Below are positions 13,899 through 26,058 of a stretch of DNA of 64,000 nucleotides, piece by piece (positions within the stretch are counted from its first letter, which is position 1; every line of letters begins with the position of its first letter). The notes beneath the pieces were generated by a model. That model searched no databases. It worked only from the letters and a program-made list of their open reading frames with translations, and was not told the DNA's origin. The DNA is from Eledone cirrhosa (Eukaryota), in assembly GCA_964016885.1 (NCBI GenBank), contig OZ024741.1, forward strand, positions 411,246,001-411,310,000, in the 5' to 3' direction. Made by a program: the position numbers and the translations under genes.

Positions 13899-14063
13899 CC
13901 TCCTCTCTATTGAGGACTTTGTTATAAATTTTATTTTTTGTTATATTTTATTTTATTATTATATATTGTTATTACCTCCTCCTTATTGAGGACGCCTTGT
14001 TTTGTAAACTCCCCCCATTGTACTTGTCCCACTTTTGATGCCCTGGTGGCAAATAAAAGAAAC
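13899..14063 (+). mobile_element. Solo Tx1 3'UTR fragment (165 bp)
   Basis: Near-identical to 12836-13000; ends AATAAAAGAAAC. Confidence 0.92.
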
Positions 14064-15390
14064 ATATATATTTCACTCTCTCTCTCTCTACCTACCTGTC
14101 TATATATCTCTCAGTGTCTCTCTCTCTACCTACCTGTCTATATATCTCTCTCTACCTACCTGTCTATATATCTCTCACTCTGTCTCTCTCTACCTACCTG
14201 TCTATATATCTCTCTCTCTAACTACCTGTCTATATATCTCTCACTCTCTCTCTCTCTACCTACCTGTCTATATATCTCTCACTGTCTCTCTCTACCTACC
14301 TGTCTATATATCTCTCTCTCTCTACCTAGCTGGCTATATATCTATCTCTCTCTACCTACCTGTCTATAGATCTCTCACTGTCTCTCTCTCTACCCACCTG
14401 TCTATATATCTCTCAGTCTCTCTCTACCTACCTGTCTATATATATCTCACTCTCTCTCTCTACCTACCTGTCTATATATCTCTCTCTCTCTACCTACTGT
14501 CTATATATCTCTCTCTCTCTACCTACCTGTCTATATATCTCTCTCTCTCTACCTACCTGTCTATATATCTCTCACTCTCTACGTACCTGTCTATATATCT
14601 CTCTCTCTCTACCTACCTGTCTATATATCTATCTCTCTCTCTACCTACCTGTCTATATATCTCTCAGTCTCTCTCTACCTACCTGTCTATATATCTCTCT
14701 CTCTCTACCTACCTGTCTATATATCTCTCTCACTCTCTCTCTCTACCTACCTGTCTATATATCTCTCAGTCTCTCTCTACCTACCTGTCTATATATCTCT
14801 CACTCTCTCTCTCTCTACCTACCTGTCTATATATCTCTCTCTCTCTACCTACCTGTCTATATATCTCTCTCACTCTCTCTCTCTACCTACCAGTCTATAT
14901 ATCTCTCAGTCTCTCTCTACCTACCTGTCTCTCTCTCTCTCACTCTCTCTCTCTCTCTACCTACCTGTCTATATATCTCTCTCTCTCTACCTACCTGTCT
15001 ATATATCTCTCACTGTCTCTCTCTCTACCTACCTGTCTATATATCTCTCACTGTCTCTCTCTCTACCTACCTGTCTATATATCTCTCACTCTCTCTCTCT
15101 ACCTACCTGTCTATATATATCTCTCTCTACCTACCTGTCTATATATCTCTCACTCTCTCTCTCTACCTATCTGTCTATACATCTCTCACTGTCTCTCTGT
15201 ACCTACCTGTCTATATATCTCTCACTCTCTCTCTCTTTACCTACCTGTCTATATATCTCTCTCTCGCTACCTACCTGTCTAAATATCTCTCACTGTCTCT
15301 CTCTCTACCTACCTGTCTATATATCTCTCACTCTCTACCTACCTGTCTATATATCTCTCTCTCTCTACCTATCTGTCTATATATCTCTCT

Positions 15391-18380
15391 GAACTCATAG
15401 ACAGGGCCCCGGTTACTGGAAGCTCAACTTGTCCTTGCCGGCAAGTAGAGCCTACAGGAATCGGATTAGTACGTTAGTTAAGGAACGGTTGACTGGAGCG
15501 ATCGTCAACAGCAGGTGTTGGGTATCTCTAAAGAGAGAGATTAGAGTAGTCTCGATAGAATTTAGTAAGGTTCTAGCTGCGGATAGGAATAGGAAGGAAA
15601 GGGAGCTAATAGATAGAGTAGAAGAGGCAATTAGAAGCGGCGACGTGGCCAGAGTGCTAGCGTCGAGAACGGCTTTGAGCCAGTTTTTCGACGCGAAGCA
15701 CGAAGGCTGCGTTGTCCGAAGTAAAATACGTGCTCTAGGGAACGAGGGGACCAAAGCTGTTAGCTGGGCCCGCGTGACAGAGGCCAACAGTGGAACTAAA
15801 TCCACCATCCGGTCTTTGCGAGACCTGGATGGACGGGCGATTCTTGAGCCTAAGCAGCTGTGTGAGGCCTTTCAAAGGCACTTTGCCCGACTGTTCGGGA
15901 GGGGCGGGGAGCCGGTTGGGAACGTGGACTTCGGTCCATACCTCGACGGCCTGCCGCGCCTCTCGGACAGGGAGGCGAAGTCCTGCGAGGAGCCGATTTC
16001 GGCCGCTGAGATAGAGGACGTGCTGAGACAATGCGGCAAACGCAAATCCCCGGGTCTCGATGGTCTTCCTTACGAATTATATCTAGCTATGCCGGACTTG
16101 TTCCCCGATCTCCTCGAGGCGGTCTACTGCAACTGGCAACAGAACGGGAGAATTCCCTGTACTGTCACCAAGGGCGTAGTCACGCTAGTGAGGAAGGACG
16201 AGAACAAGGGGGACGAAATAAGTAACTTCAGGCCCATAACACTGCTAAATACAGAGTTACAGATTTTGGCCAAGGTGCTAGCAAAGAGGTTGGCGCTTGT
16301 CGTGGGCAACCTGGTGGGAGATGCGCAGACATGCGCTATCCCGTCCAGGTCCATCCATGACAACCTCCACCTCATGCGATACATCATAGAGAGGGTTGGG
16401 AACGAACCCGGCTTTGGTGGGGCTCTGATCAACTTGGATCAATCTAAGGCGTTCGATAGAGTCGACCATGGTTACCTGGATGCGGTGCTAGCGGCGGCAG
16501 GCTTCGGACCCGTTTTCAGGGGCTGGATCACTGCTATGCACAGCAGCCGCATCTGCTCTAGGGTCAAGGTGAACGGCTACCTCTCGGAGCCGTTCAAAAT
16601 CGCGCGGTCCATCCGACAAGGGTGCCCTCTCTCCTCCCTTCTGTATGTGTTGACTCTCGAGCCACTACTGCGGAAGTTGGAGTTGTTGCAGGGCATCCCT
16701 TTGGAACCGGGATTGCGGAAAGCGGTGTCGGCCTACGCCGATGACGTGACAGTAATGGTGTCGATGGCCTCCGAAATCGAGGCGGTCGGCACCTTACTGG
16801 AGGAGTACGAAAAGTTCACAGGGGCTAAGCTGAACCGGGACAAGTCGATCGGTTTGCAACTCGGCACGTGGAGGGGCAGACCGATGCCCTCCGATAGCGT
16901 CGTCGGACGCTGGACGGAGGGCCCGGTGAAGTTGCTCGGGGTCTGGTTCGGACCGGACCTCCAGGTGGAGAAAAACTGGGCGGAGGTTACGAACAGGGTG
17001 TTTGCACTGACCCAGAAGTGGGCCAGTTGCAAACTATCCCTGAAAGGTCGGGCGGAGGTGGCGAACACCTACATAGCGTCCGTCATCTACTACCGCCTGA
17101 CCGTAGTGCCCTGCCCAAGGGAAACCCTCACCAAGATGGAGCGCGCGCTCTTCCAATTCCTTTGGAAGAGGCGGGCTCCTATGGTGAGGAGATCCATCTG
17201 CTGTCAACACCCTTCGAAAGGAGGGCTGGGGATGCCGTGGCTAATGATGCGTAAACACGCATTAAGGCTACGGCACCTCTACGTATTCCTCACCGGACAA
17301 CCGGTGTGGGCCTCGTTTGTGAGACGAACCTTTCCCAGACTCGTCTCACTCACCGAGCTGCAATCCTGGGTCAAGCAAAGACCGAGAAAACTGGGCGCCT
17401 GGCACACTGAGTGTGCCCAGGCGCTCACCGCCCTCTGGCAGGCGGATCCGGTTATCAGTGGAGACTCCACCGCAACATTCTATAGAGGGCTGGTACGCAG
17501 CAGGTGCGACGACGCCCTCGGAGAAGCCCTAGACATGGAGGAGGACGAACTGGCCAGCCTGTTCGGTAGGACATTCAGCCCGGGACCTATGGACAACTTC
17601 CAGAAGTCCCTGGCCTGGCAGTGCTACCGAGGGGCTTTACCCGTTCGAGAAAGGCTCTACAGACACGGGCGCCCGGGTAGGGACCCCGCCAAAAAGATCT
17701 GTCCCAGATGCGTGTGCGACGAGGAAACCGTTGCACACGCATTGGTACACTGCTCGGGCGCAGCCGATCTGTGGGGCTATGTCGAACAACTGCTGTCAGG
17801 GGTGGGACCGATCCGGTTGACCACCGAGTCTATTGTAATGATCAAGCCGCCTCCCCCCTTCAAAGATGAAGCAGAGGCGGTGTTTCTGTGCGTAATAGCC
17901 ATGGCGAAAGAGGTTGTATGGTGGACGCGTCTGAAAGGACTGAGGTCAGGCACCTTTCTCTCTGGCCAACAACTGGTCCGTTTCTTCCGATATCATTTCG
18001 GAAGAAGGATCAGGATGGAGAGAGAGGTGCTGCACCCCAGCCGTTTCTATGAAAGATGGGTGAAAGTGGCGAGAATGGCCCGTGTGAATGGGCCTTCACT
18101 CTACATCAGACTATAGGTGAGGAAGATGAAAGACCAAGGGAGCACCCCTTCTCTGTGCTCCTGAGGAGAAGGGTTGCACACTTTTTTCGGGGGTGTGTGC
18201 GACCCCCCAAGGCGCCTCCTCTCTATTGAGGATTTTGTTAAAAATTTTATTTTTTGTTATATCTTATTTTATTTTTATATTTTGTTATTGCCTCCTCCTT
18301 ATTGAGGACGCCTTGTTTTGTAAACTCCCCCCTTTGTACTTGTCCCACTTTTGATGCCCTAGTGGCAAATAAAAGAAAAC
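15391..18380 (+). mobile_element. 5'-truncated Tx1-clade LINE (lacks ORF1 and the endonuclease); young copy
   Basis: Uninterrupted ORF2 remainder and 3'UTR ending AATAAAAGAAAAC. CTATATATCTCTCT on both sides is a candidate TSD. Confidence 0.95.
15393..18116 (+). CDS. Tx1 ORF2 remainder: reverse transcriptase plus C-terminal CCHC finger; no native start
   Basis: KSPGLDGLP, NFRPITLLN, LDQSKAFDRV, IRQGCPLS, YADD, CPRCx8Hx4C; open for ~900 codons. Confidence 0.85.
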   Translation, partial: THRQGPGYWKLNLSLPASRAYRNRISTLVKERLTGAIVNSRCWVSLKREIRVVSIEFSKVLAADRNRKERELIDRVEEAIRSGDVARVLASRTALSQFFDAKHEGCVVRSKIRALGNEGTKAVSWARVTEANSGTKSTIRSLRDLDGRAILEPKQLCEAFQRHFARLFGRGGEPVGNVDFGPYLDGLPRLSDREAKSCEEPISAAEIEDVLRQCGKRKSPGLDGLPYELYLAMPDLFPDLLEAVYCNWQQNGRIPCTVTKGVVTLVRKDENKGDEISNFRPITLLNTELQILAKVLAKRLALVVGNLVGDAQTCAIPSRSIHDNLHLMRYIIERVGNEPGFGGALINLDQSKAFDRVDHGYLDAVLAAAGFGPVFRGWITAMHSSRICSRVKVNGYLSEPFKIARSIRQGCPLSSLLYVLTLEPLLRKLELLQGIPLEPGLRKAVSAYADDVTVMVSMASEIEAVGTLLEEYEKFTGAKLNRDKSIGLQLGTWRGRPMPSDSVVGRWTEGPVKLLGVWFGPDLQVEKNWAEVTNRVFALTQKWASCKLSLKGRAEVANTYIASVIYYRLTVVPCPRETLTKMERALFQFLWKRRAPMVRRSICCQHPSKGGLGMPWLMMRKHALRLRHLYVFLTGQPVWASFVRRTFPRLVSLTELQSWVKQRPRKLGAWHTECAQALTALWQADPVISGDSTATFYRGLVRSRCDDALGEALDMEEDELASLFGRTFSPGPMDNFQKSLAWQCYRGALPVRERLYRHGRPGRDPAKKICPRCVCDEETVAHALVHCSGAADLWGYVEQLLSGVGPIRLTTESIVMIKPPPPFKDEAEAVFLCVIAMAKEVVWWTRLKGLRSGTFLSGQQLVRFFRYHFGRRIRMEREVLHPSRFYERWVKVARMARVNGPSLYIRL

Positions 18381-19299
18381 TATATATCTCTCTCTCTCTA
18401 CCTATCTGTCTATATATCTCTCTCTCTCTACCTACCTGTCTATATATCTCTCAGTCTCTCTCTACCTACCTGTCTATATATCTCTCACTCTCTCTCTCTA
18501 CCTACCTGTCTATATATCTCTCACTGTCTCTCTCTCTCTACCTACCTGTCTATATATCTCTCACTCTCTACCTACCTGTCTATATATCTCTCACTCTCTA
18601 CCTACCTGTCTATATATCTCTCACTCTCTCTCTCTACCTACCTGTCTATATATCTCTCACTCTCTCTCTCTACCTACCTGTCTATATATCTCTCACTCTC
18701 TCTCTCTACCTACCTGTCTATATATCTCTCTCTCTACCTACCTGTCTATATATCTCTCTCTCTACCTACCTGTCTATATATCTCTCTCTCTACCTACCTG
18801 TCTATATATCTCTCACTCTCTCACTCTCTACCTATCTGTCTATATATCTCTCTCTCTCTACCTACCTGTCTATATATCTCTCACTGTCTCTCTCTACCTA
18901 CCTGTCTATATATCTCTCACTCTCTCTCTCTACCTACCTGTCTATATATCTCTCACTGTCTCTCTCTCTACCTACCTGTCTATATATCTCTCACTGTCTC
19001 TCTCTCTACCTACCTGTCTATATATCTCTCTCTCTCTACCTACCTGTCTATATATTTCACTCTCTCTCTCTCTACCTACCTGTCTATATATGTCTCACTG
19101 TCTCTCTCTCTACCTACCTGTCTATATATCTCTCACTGACTCTCTCTCTACCTACCTGTCTATATATCTCTCTCTCTCTACCTACCTGTCTATATATCTC
19201 TCACTGTCTCTCTCTCTCTACCTACCTGTCTATATATCTCTCACTCTCTACCTACCTGTCTATATATCTCTCACTGTCTCTCTCTACCTACCTGTCTAT

Positions 19300-19464
19300 C
19301 CTCCTCTCTATTGAGGACTTCGTTATAAATTTTATTTTTTGTTATATTTTATTTTATTTTTATATATTGTTATTGCCTCCTCCTTATTGAGGACGCCTTG
19401 TTTTGTAAACTCCCCCCATTGTACTTGTCCCACTTTTGATGCCCTGGTGGCAAATAAAAGAAAC
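19300..19464 (+). mobile_element. Solo Tx1 3'UTR fragment (165 bp), duplicate of 13899-14063
   Basis: Same 5' breakpoint (gtctat|cctcctctctattgagg) and the same upstream satellite variants. Confidence 0.92.
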
Positions 19465-22400
19465 ATATATATCTCTCAGTGTCTCTCTCTACCTACCTGT
19501 CTATATATCTCTCAGTGTCTCTCTCTCTACCTACCTGTCTATATATCTCTCACTCTGTCTCTCTCTACCTACCTGTCTATATATCTCTCTCTCTCACTAC
19601 CTGTCTATATATCTCTCACTCTCTCTACCTACCTGTCTATATATCTCTCTCTCTCTACCTACCTGTCTATATATCTCTCTCACTCTCTCTCTCTACCTAC
19701 CTGTCTATATATCTCTCAGTCTCTCTCTACCTACCTGTCTATATATCTCTCACTCTCTCTCTCTCTCTACCTACCTGTCTATATATCTCTCTCTCTCTAC
19801 CTACCTGTCTATATATCTCTCACTGTCTCTCTCTCTACCTACCTGTCTATATATCTCTCACTCTCTCTCTCTACCTATCTGTCTATATATCTCTCACTGT
19901 CTCTCTGTACCTACCTGTCTATATATCTCTCACTCTCTCTCTCTTTACCGACCTGTCTATATATCTCTCTCTCGCTACCTACCTGTCTAAATATCTCTCA
20001 CTGTCTCTCTCTCTACCTACCTGTCTATATATCTCTCACTCTCTACCTACCTGTCTATATATCTCTCACTCTCTACCTACCTGTCTATATATCTCTCTCT
20101 CTCTACCTATCCGTCTATATATCTCTCTCTCTACCTATCTGTCTATATATCTCTCTCTCTCTACCTACCTGTCTATATATCTCTCAGTCTCTCTCTACCT
20201 ACCTGTCTATATATATCTCTCACTCTCTCTCTCTACCTACTTGTCTATATATCTCTCACTGTCTCTCTCTCTCTACCTACCTGTCTATATATCTCTCACT
20301 CTCTACCTACCTGTCTATATATCTCTCACTCTCTACCTACCTGTCTATATATCTCTCACTCTCTACCTACCTGTCTATATATCTCTCACTGTCTCTCTCT
20401 ACCTACCTGTCTATATATCTCTCACTGTCTCTCTCTACCTACCTGTCTATATATCTCTCACTCTCTCTCTCTACCTACCTGTCTATATATCTCTCACTGT
20501 CTCTCTCCACCTACCTGTCTATATATCTCTCACTGTCTCTCTCTCTACCTACCTGTCTATATATCTCTCACTGTCTCTCTCCACCTACCTGTCTATATAT
20601 CTCTCACTGTCTCTCTCTCTACCTACCTGTCTATATATCTCTCACTGTCTCTCTCTACCTACCTGTCTATATATATCTCTCTCTCTACATACCTGTCTAT
20701 ATATCTCTCTCTCTCTACCTACCTGTCTATATATCTCTCACTGTCTCTCTCTCTACCTACCTGTCTATATATCTCTCACTGTCTCTCTCTCTACCTACCT
20801 GTCTATATATCTCTCACTGTCTCTCTCTCTACCTACCTGTCTATATATCTCTCACTGTCTCTCTCTCTCTACCTACCTGTCTATATATCTCTCTCTCTCT
20901 ACCCACCTGTCTATATATCTCTCTCTCTCTCTACCTACCTGTCTATATATCTCTCACTCTCTCTCTCTCTACCTACCTGTCTATATATCTCTCACTGTCT
21001 CTCTCTCTACCTACCTGTCTATATATCTCTCACTGTCTCTCTCTCTACCTACCTGTCTATATATCTCTCAGTCTCTCTCTCTACCTACCTGTCTATATAT
21101 CTCTCACTGTCTCTCTCTCTCTACCTACCTGTCTATATATATCTCTCTCTCTACCTACCTGTCTATATCTCTCTCTCTCTCTCTACCTACCTGTCTATAT
21201 CTCTCTCTCTCTCTCTACCTACCTGTCTATATATCTCTCACTCTCTACCTACCTGTCTATATATCTCTCTCTCTCTACCTACCTGTCTATATATCTCTCA
21301 CTCTCTCTCTCTCTACCTACCTGTCTATATATATCTCTCTCTCTACCTACCTGTCTATATATCTCTCACTGTCTCTCTCTCTCTACCTACCTGTCTATAT
21401 CTCTCTCTCTCTCTCTACCTACCTGTCTATATCTCTCTCTCTCTCTCTACCTACCTGTCTATATATATCTCTCTCTCTACCTACCTGTCTATATCTCTCT
21501 CTCTCTCTCTACCTACCTGTCTATATCTCTCTCTCTCTCTACCTACCTGTCTATATATATCTCTCTCTCTACCTACCTGTCTATATATCTCTCACTGTCT
21601 CTCTCTCTCTACCTACCTGTCTATATCTCTCTCTCTCTCTCTACCTACTTGTCTATATCTCTCTCTCTCTCTACCTACCTGTCTATATATATCTCTCTCT
21701 CTACCTACCTGTCTATATATCTCTCACTCTCTCTCTCTCTACCTACCTGTCTATATATCTCTCTCTCTCTACCTACCTGTCTATATATCTCTCACTGTCT
21801 CTCTCTCTCTACCTACCTGTCTATATATCTCTCTCTCTCTCTCTACCTACCTGTCTATATATCTCTCTCTCTCTACCTACCTGTCTATATATCTCTCTCT
21901 CTCTCTACCTACCTGTCTATATATCTCTCACTCTCTCACTCTCTACCTACCTGTCTATATATATATCTCTCTCTCTACCTACCTGTCTATATATATCTCT
22001 CTCTCTACCTACCTGTCTATATATCTCTCACTGTCTCTCTCTCTACCTACCTGTCTATATATCTCTCACTGTCTCTCTCTCTACCTACCTGTCTATATAT
22101 CTCTCACTGTCTCTCTCTCTACCTACCTGTCTATATATCTCTCACTGTCTCTCTCTCTACCTACCTGTCTATATATCTCTCACTCTCTCTCTCTCTACCT
22201 ACCTGTCTATATATCTCTCACTGTCTCTCTCTCTACCTACCTGTCTATATATCTCTCACTGTCTCTCTCTCTACCTACCTGTCTATATATCTCTCACTGT
22301 CTCTCTCTCTACCTACCTGTCTATATATCTCTCACTGTCTCTCTCTCTACCTACCTGTCTATATATCTCTCACTGTCTCTCTCTCTACCTACCTGTCTAT

Positions 22401-24225
22401 ATATCTCTCACTGTCTCTCTCTCTACCTACCTGTCTATATATCTCTCACTGTCTCTCTCTCTACCTACCTGTCTATATATCTCTCACTCTCTCTCTCTCT
22501 ACCTACCTGTCTATATATCTCTCACTGTCTCTCTCTCTACCTACCTGTCTATATATCTCTCACTGTCTCTCTCTCTACCTACCTGTCTATATATCTCTCA
22601 CTGTCTCTCTCTCTACCTACCTGTCTATATATATCTCTCTCTCTACCTACCTGTCTATATATTTCACTCTCTCTCTCTCTACCTACCTGTCTATATATCT
22701 CTCACTGTCTCTCTCTCTCTACCTACCTGTCTATATATCTCTCACTGTCTCTCTCTCTACCTACCTGTCTATATATCTCTCACTGTCTCTCTCTCTACCT
22801 ACCTGTCTATATATCTCTCACTCTCTCTCTCTCTACCTACCTGTCTATATATCTCTCACTGTCTCTCTCTCTACCTACCTGTCTATATATCTCTCACTGT
22901 CTCTCTCTCTACCTACCTGTCTATATATCTCTCACTGTCTCTCTCTCTACCTACCTGTCTATATATATCTCTCTCTCTACCTACCTGTCTATATATTTCA
23001 CTCTCTCTCTCTCTACCTACCTGTCTATATATCTCTCACTGTCTCTCTCTCTCTACCTACCTGTCTATATATGTCTCACTGTCTCTCTCTGTCTACCTAC
23101 CTGTCTATATATCTCTCACTGTCTCTCTCTCTACCTACCTGTCTATATATCTCTCACTGTCTCTCTCTCTACCTACCTGTCTATATATCTCTCACTCTCT
23201 CTCTCTACCTACCTGTCTATATATCTCTCACTCTCTCTCTCTCTACCTACCTGTCTATATATCTCTCACTGTCTCTCTCTACCTACCTATCTATATATCT
23301 CTCACTGTCTCTCTCTCTACCTACCTGTCTATATATCTCTCACTCTCTCTCTCTACCTACCTGTCTATATATCTCTCACTGTCTCTCTCTCTACCTACCT
23401 GTCTATATATCTCTCACTCTCTACCTACCTGTCTATATATCTCTCTCTCTGTACCTACCTGTCTATATATCTCTCACTGTCTCTCTCTCTACCTACCTGT
23501 CTATATATCTCTCACTCTCTCTCTCTCTACCTACCTGTCTATATATCTCTCACTGTCTCTCTCTCTACCTACCTGTCTATATATCTCTCACTGTCTCTCT
23601 CTCTACCTACCTGTCTATATATCTCTCACTCTCTCTCTCTCTACCTACCTGTCTATATATCTCTCACTGTCTCTCTCTCTACCTACCTGTCTATATATCT
23701 CTCACTGTCTCTCTCTCTACCTACCTGTCTATATATCTCTCACTGTCTCTCTCTCTCTACCTACCTGTCTATATATCTCTCACTGTCTCTCTCTCTACCT
23801 ACCTGTCTATATATCTCTCACTGTCTCTCTCTCTCTACCTACCTGTCTATATATCTCTCACTGTCACTCTCTCTCTACCTACCTGTCTATATATCTCTCA
23901 CTGTCTCTCTCTCTACCTACCTGTCTATATATGTCTCACTGTCTCTCTCTCTCTACCTACCTGTCTATATATCTCTCACTGTCTCTCTCTCTACCTACCT
24001 GTCTATATATCTCTCACTGTCTCTCTCTCTCTACCTACCTGTCTATATATCTCTCACTGTCTCTCTCTCTCTACCTACCTGTCTATATATGTCTCACTGT
24101 CTCTCTCTCTCTACCTACCTGTCTATATATCTCTCACTCTCTCTCTCTCTACCTACCTGTCTATATATGTCTCACTGTCTCTCTCTCTCTACCTACCTGT
24201 CTATATATCTCTCACTCTCTCTCTC

Positions 24226-25150
24226 TAGGCCAACGCCGCTTTCCGCAGTCCCGGTTCCAGAGAGATGCCCTGCAATAGCTCCAACTTCCGCAGTAGTGGC
24301 TTGAGAGTCAGTACGTACAGAAGGAGGAGAGAGGGCATCCCTGTTGGATGGATCGCGTGATATGGAATGTCTCCGAGAGGTAGCCGTTCACCTTGACCCT
24401 TGAGCAGATGTTGCTGTTGTGCATTGCAGCAATCCAGCCCCTGAACACGGGTCCGAAGCCTGCCGCCTCGAGCACCGCATCCAGGTAACGATGGTCAACC
24501 CTATCAAAAGCCTTAGACTGATCCAAGTTGATCAGGGCCCCACCGAAGCCAGGTTTACACCCTACCCTCTCTATGATGTATCGCATGAGGTGGAGGTTGT
24601 CGTGTATGGACCTGGTCGGGATTGCGCATGTCTGCGCTTCTCCCACCAAGTACTCGACGACAAGCGCCAGCCTCTTTGCCAACACCTTGGCCAAAATCTG
24701 TAACTCTGTGTTTAACAGAGTTATGGGCCGGAAGTTGCCTATGTCATCCCCCTTATTCTCGTCCTTCCTGACTAGTGTGACCACATCCCCGGTTATAGAA
24801 CTGGGAATTCTCCCGTTCTGTTGCCAATTGCAGAAGACCGCTTCCAGGAGAATGGAGAACAAGTCCGGCATTGCTACGTAAAATTCGTAGGGTAGACTGT
24901 CTAGACCTGGAGATTTGCGTTTGCCGCATTGGCTCAGCGCGTCCCCTATCTCAGTGGCTGAAATCGGCTTTTCGCAGAACTTTGCCTCGTTGTCTTATTT
25001 CTATCTAACACTAATTCTTTACTAAAACCTATCGAGTCTAATCTAACTGCCCTCTTGAGAGATTACCACCATCTGTTGTTGACAATGGCCCCCGTCAAGG
25101 GCTGCTTAACTGAAGTGCTAATCCGTCTACTGCAGGCTTTGCATGTCGGC
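24226..25150 (-). mobile_element. Internally deleted Tx1 ORF2 fragment (RT N-terminal half)
   Basis: MPDLFS..NFRPITLLNTEL..LDQSKAFDRV..QGCPLS. Deletion near 24993. Cut off at GCC TA| (start of the YADD motif), where the CT satellite begins. Confidence 0.9.
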
Positions 25151-25260
25151 ATGTAGTTAGACAGATAAACATGTAGTTAGACAAACAGACATGTAGTTAG
25201 ACAGATAGACATGTAGTTAGACAGATAGACATGTAGTTAGACAGATAGACATGTAGATAT
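25151..25260. repeat. 20-bp tandem repeat (ATGTAGTTAGACAGATAGAC) x ~5.5
   Basis: Read directly; lies between two head-to-tail minus-strand Tx1 copies. Confidence 0.9.
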
Positions 25261-26058
25261 ATTTCTTTATTAGCCACAAGGGCACACAAGAAAAAGGGAC
25301 AAAACAAAGACACATGCCGGGGATTTTACATACAATCGTGTAAAAATATTGAAACAAACAAACAAATTAAACAATCGAAATCCCCAATAGGGGGGAGACC
25401 CCACAAATGGGTTTTTTAATACCCCGTCGATAGAACAACCTTCAACTTCAGAAGCGTGTTGTGCAAGTGTTCCCTTCCTCCTTTTGTTCTCTTCTTCAAC
25501 CCACAGGTTTATAAACAGAGAAGGCCCAATCACTTGGGCCATTCTCGCCACATTCACCCACCTTTCAGTAAATTTACTGCTGTGCAGTGCCTCTCTCTCC
25601 ACTCTGATTCTCCTTCTAAAGTGGTACCTAAAGAAGGGAATGAGTTGTTGTCCGGAGATAAAGGCATCTGTTCTCAGTCCTCTCAATCTCGTCCACCATA
25701 TAACCTCTTTCACCATAGACACTATAGAGAGGAAAACCGCCTCTCTTTCATTTTTGAAAGAGGTTGGCGGTTTGATCCTTACGCGACAGCAGTTGTTCTG
25801 CGTAGTTCCTCAGGCCAGTTACGCGCAGTGTACAATTGCGTGCAAGACGGTTTCAATGTTCTGCTCGCATCTTGGACACGTCCTCTTGGGAGGATCCCTG
25901 CTGGGGCGTCTGTGCCTGTAGATCTTGTCTCGAACTGGTAGAGCACTGCCAGGCCAGGGATCTCTGGAAGTTGTTCATCTTGGTGAGGTGTTCACATTGA
26001 CAAGGCACGACGGTCAAGTGGTAGTAGATGACAGACGTTATGAAAATGTTCGCCACTT

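Larger units (their letters stand above)
9665..24225. repeat. Composite minisatellite (CTACCTACCTGT-CTATATAT-CTCTCACTGT-(CT)n), variable ~26-40-bp unit, interrupted by four Tx1 inserts
   Basis: Read directly; strongly pyrimidine-biased plus strand that is nearly devoid of stop codons. Confidence 0.97.

Noticed and set aside
9581-24278. Very long ORFs (594, 535, 1629, 1599 aa and others) of [10 protein letters not shown]-type repeats
   Set aside because: Translations of a stop-poor minisatellite, open in several frames at once; no domain content.
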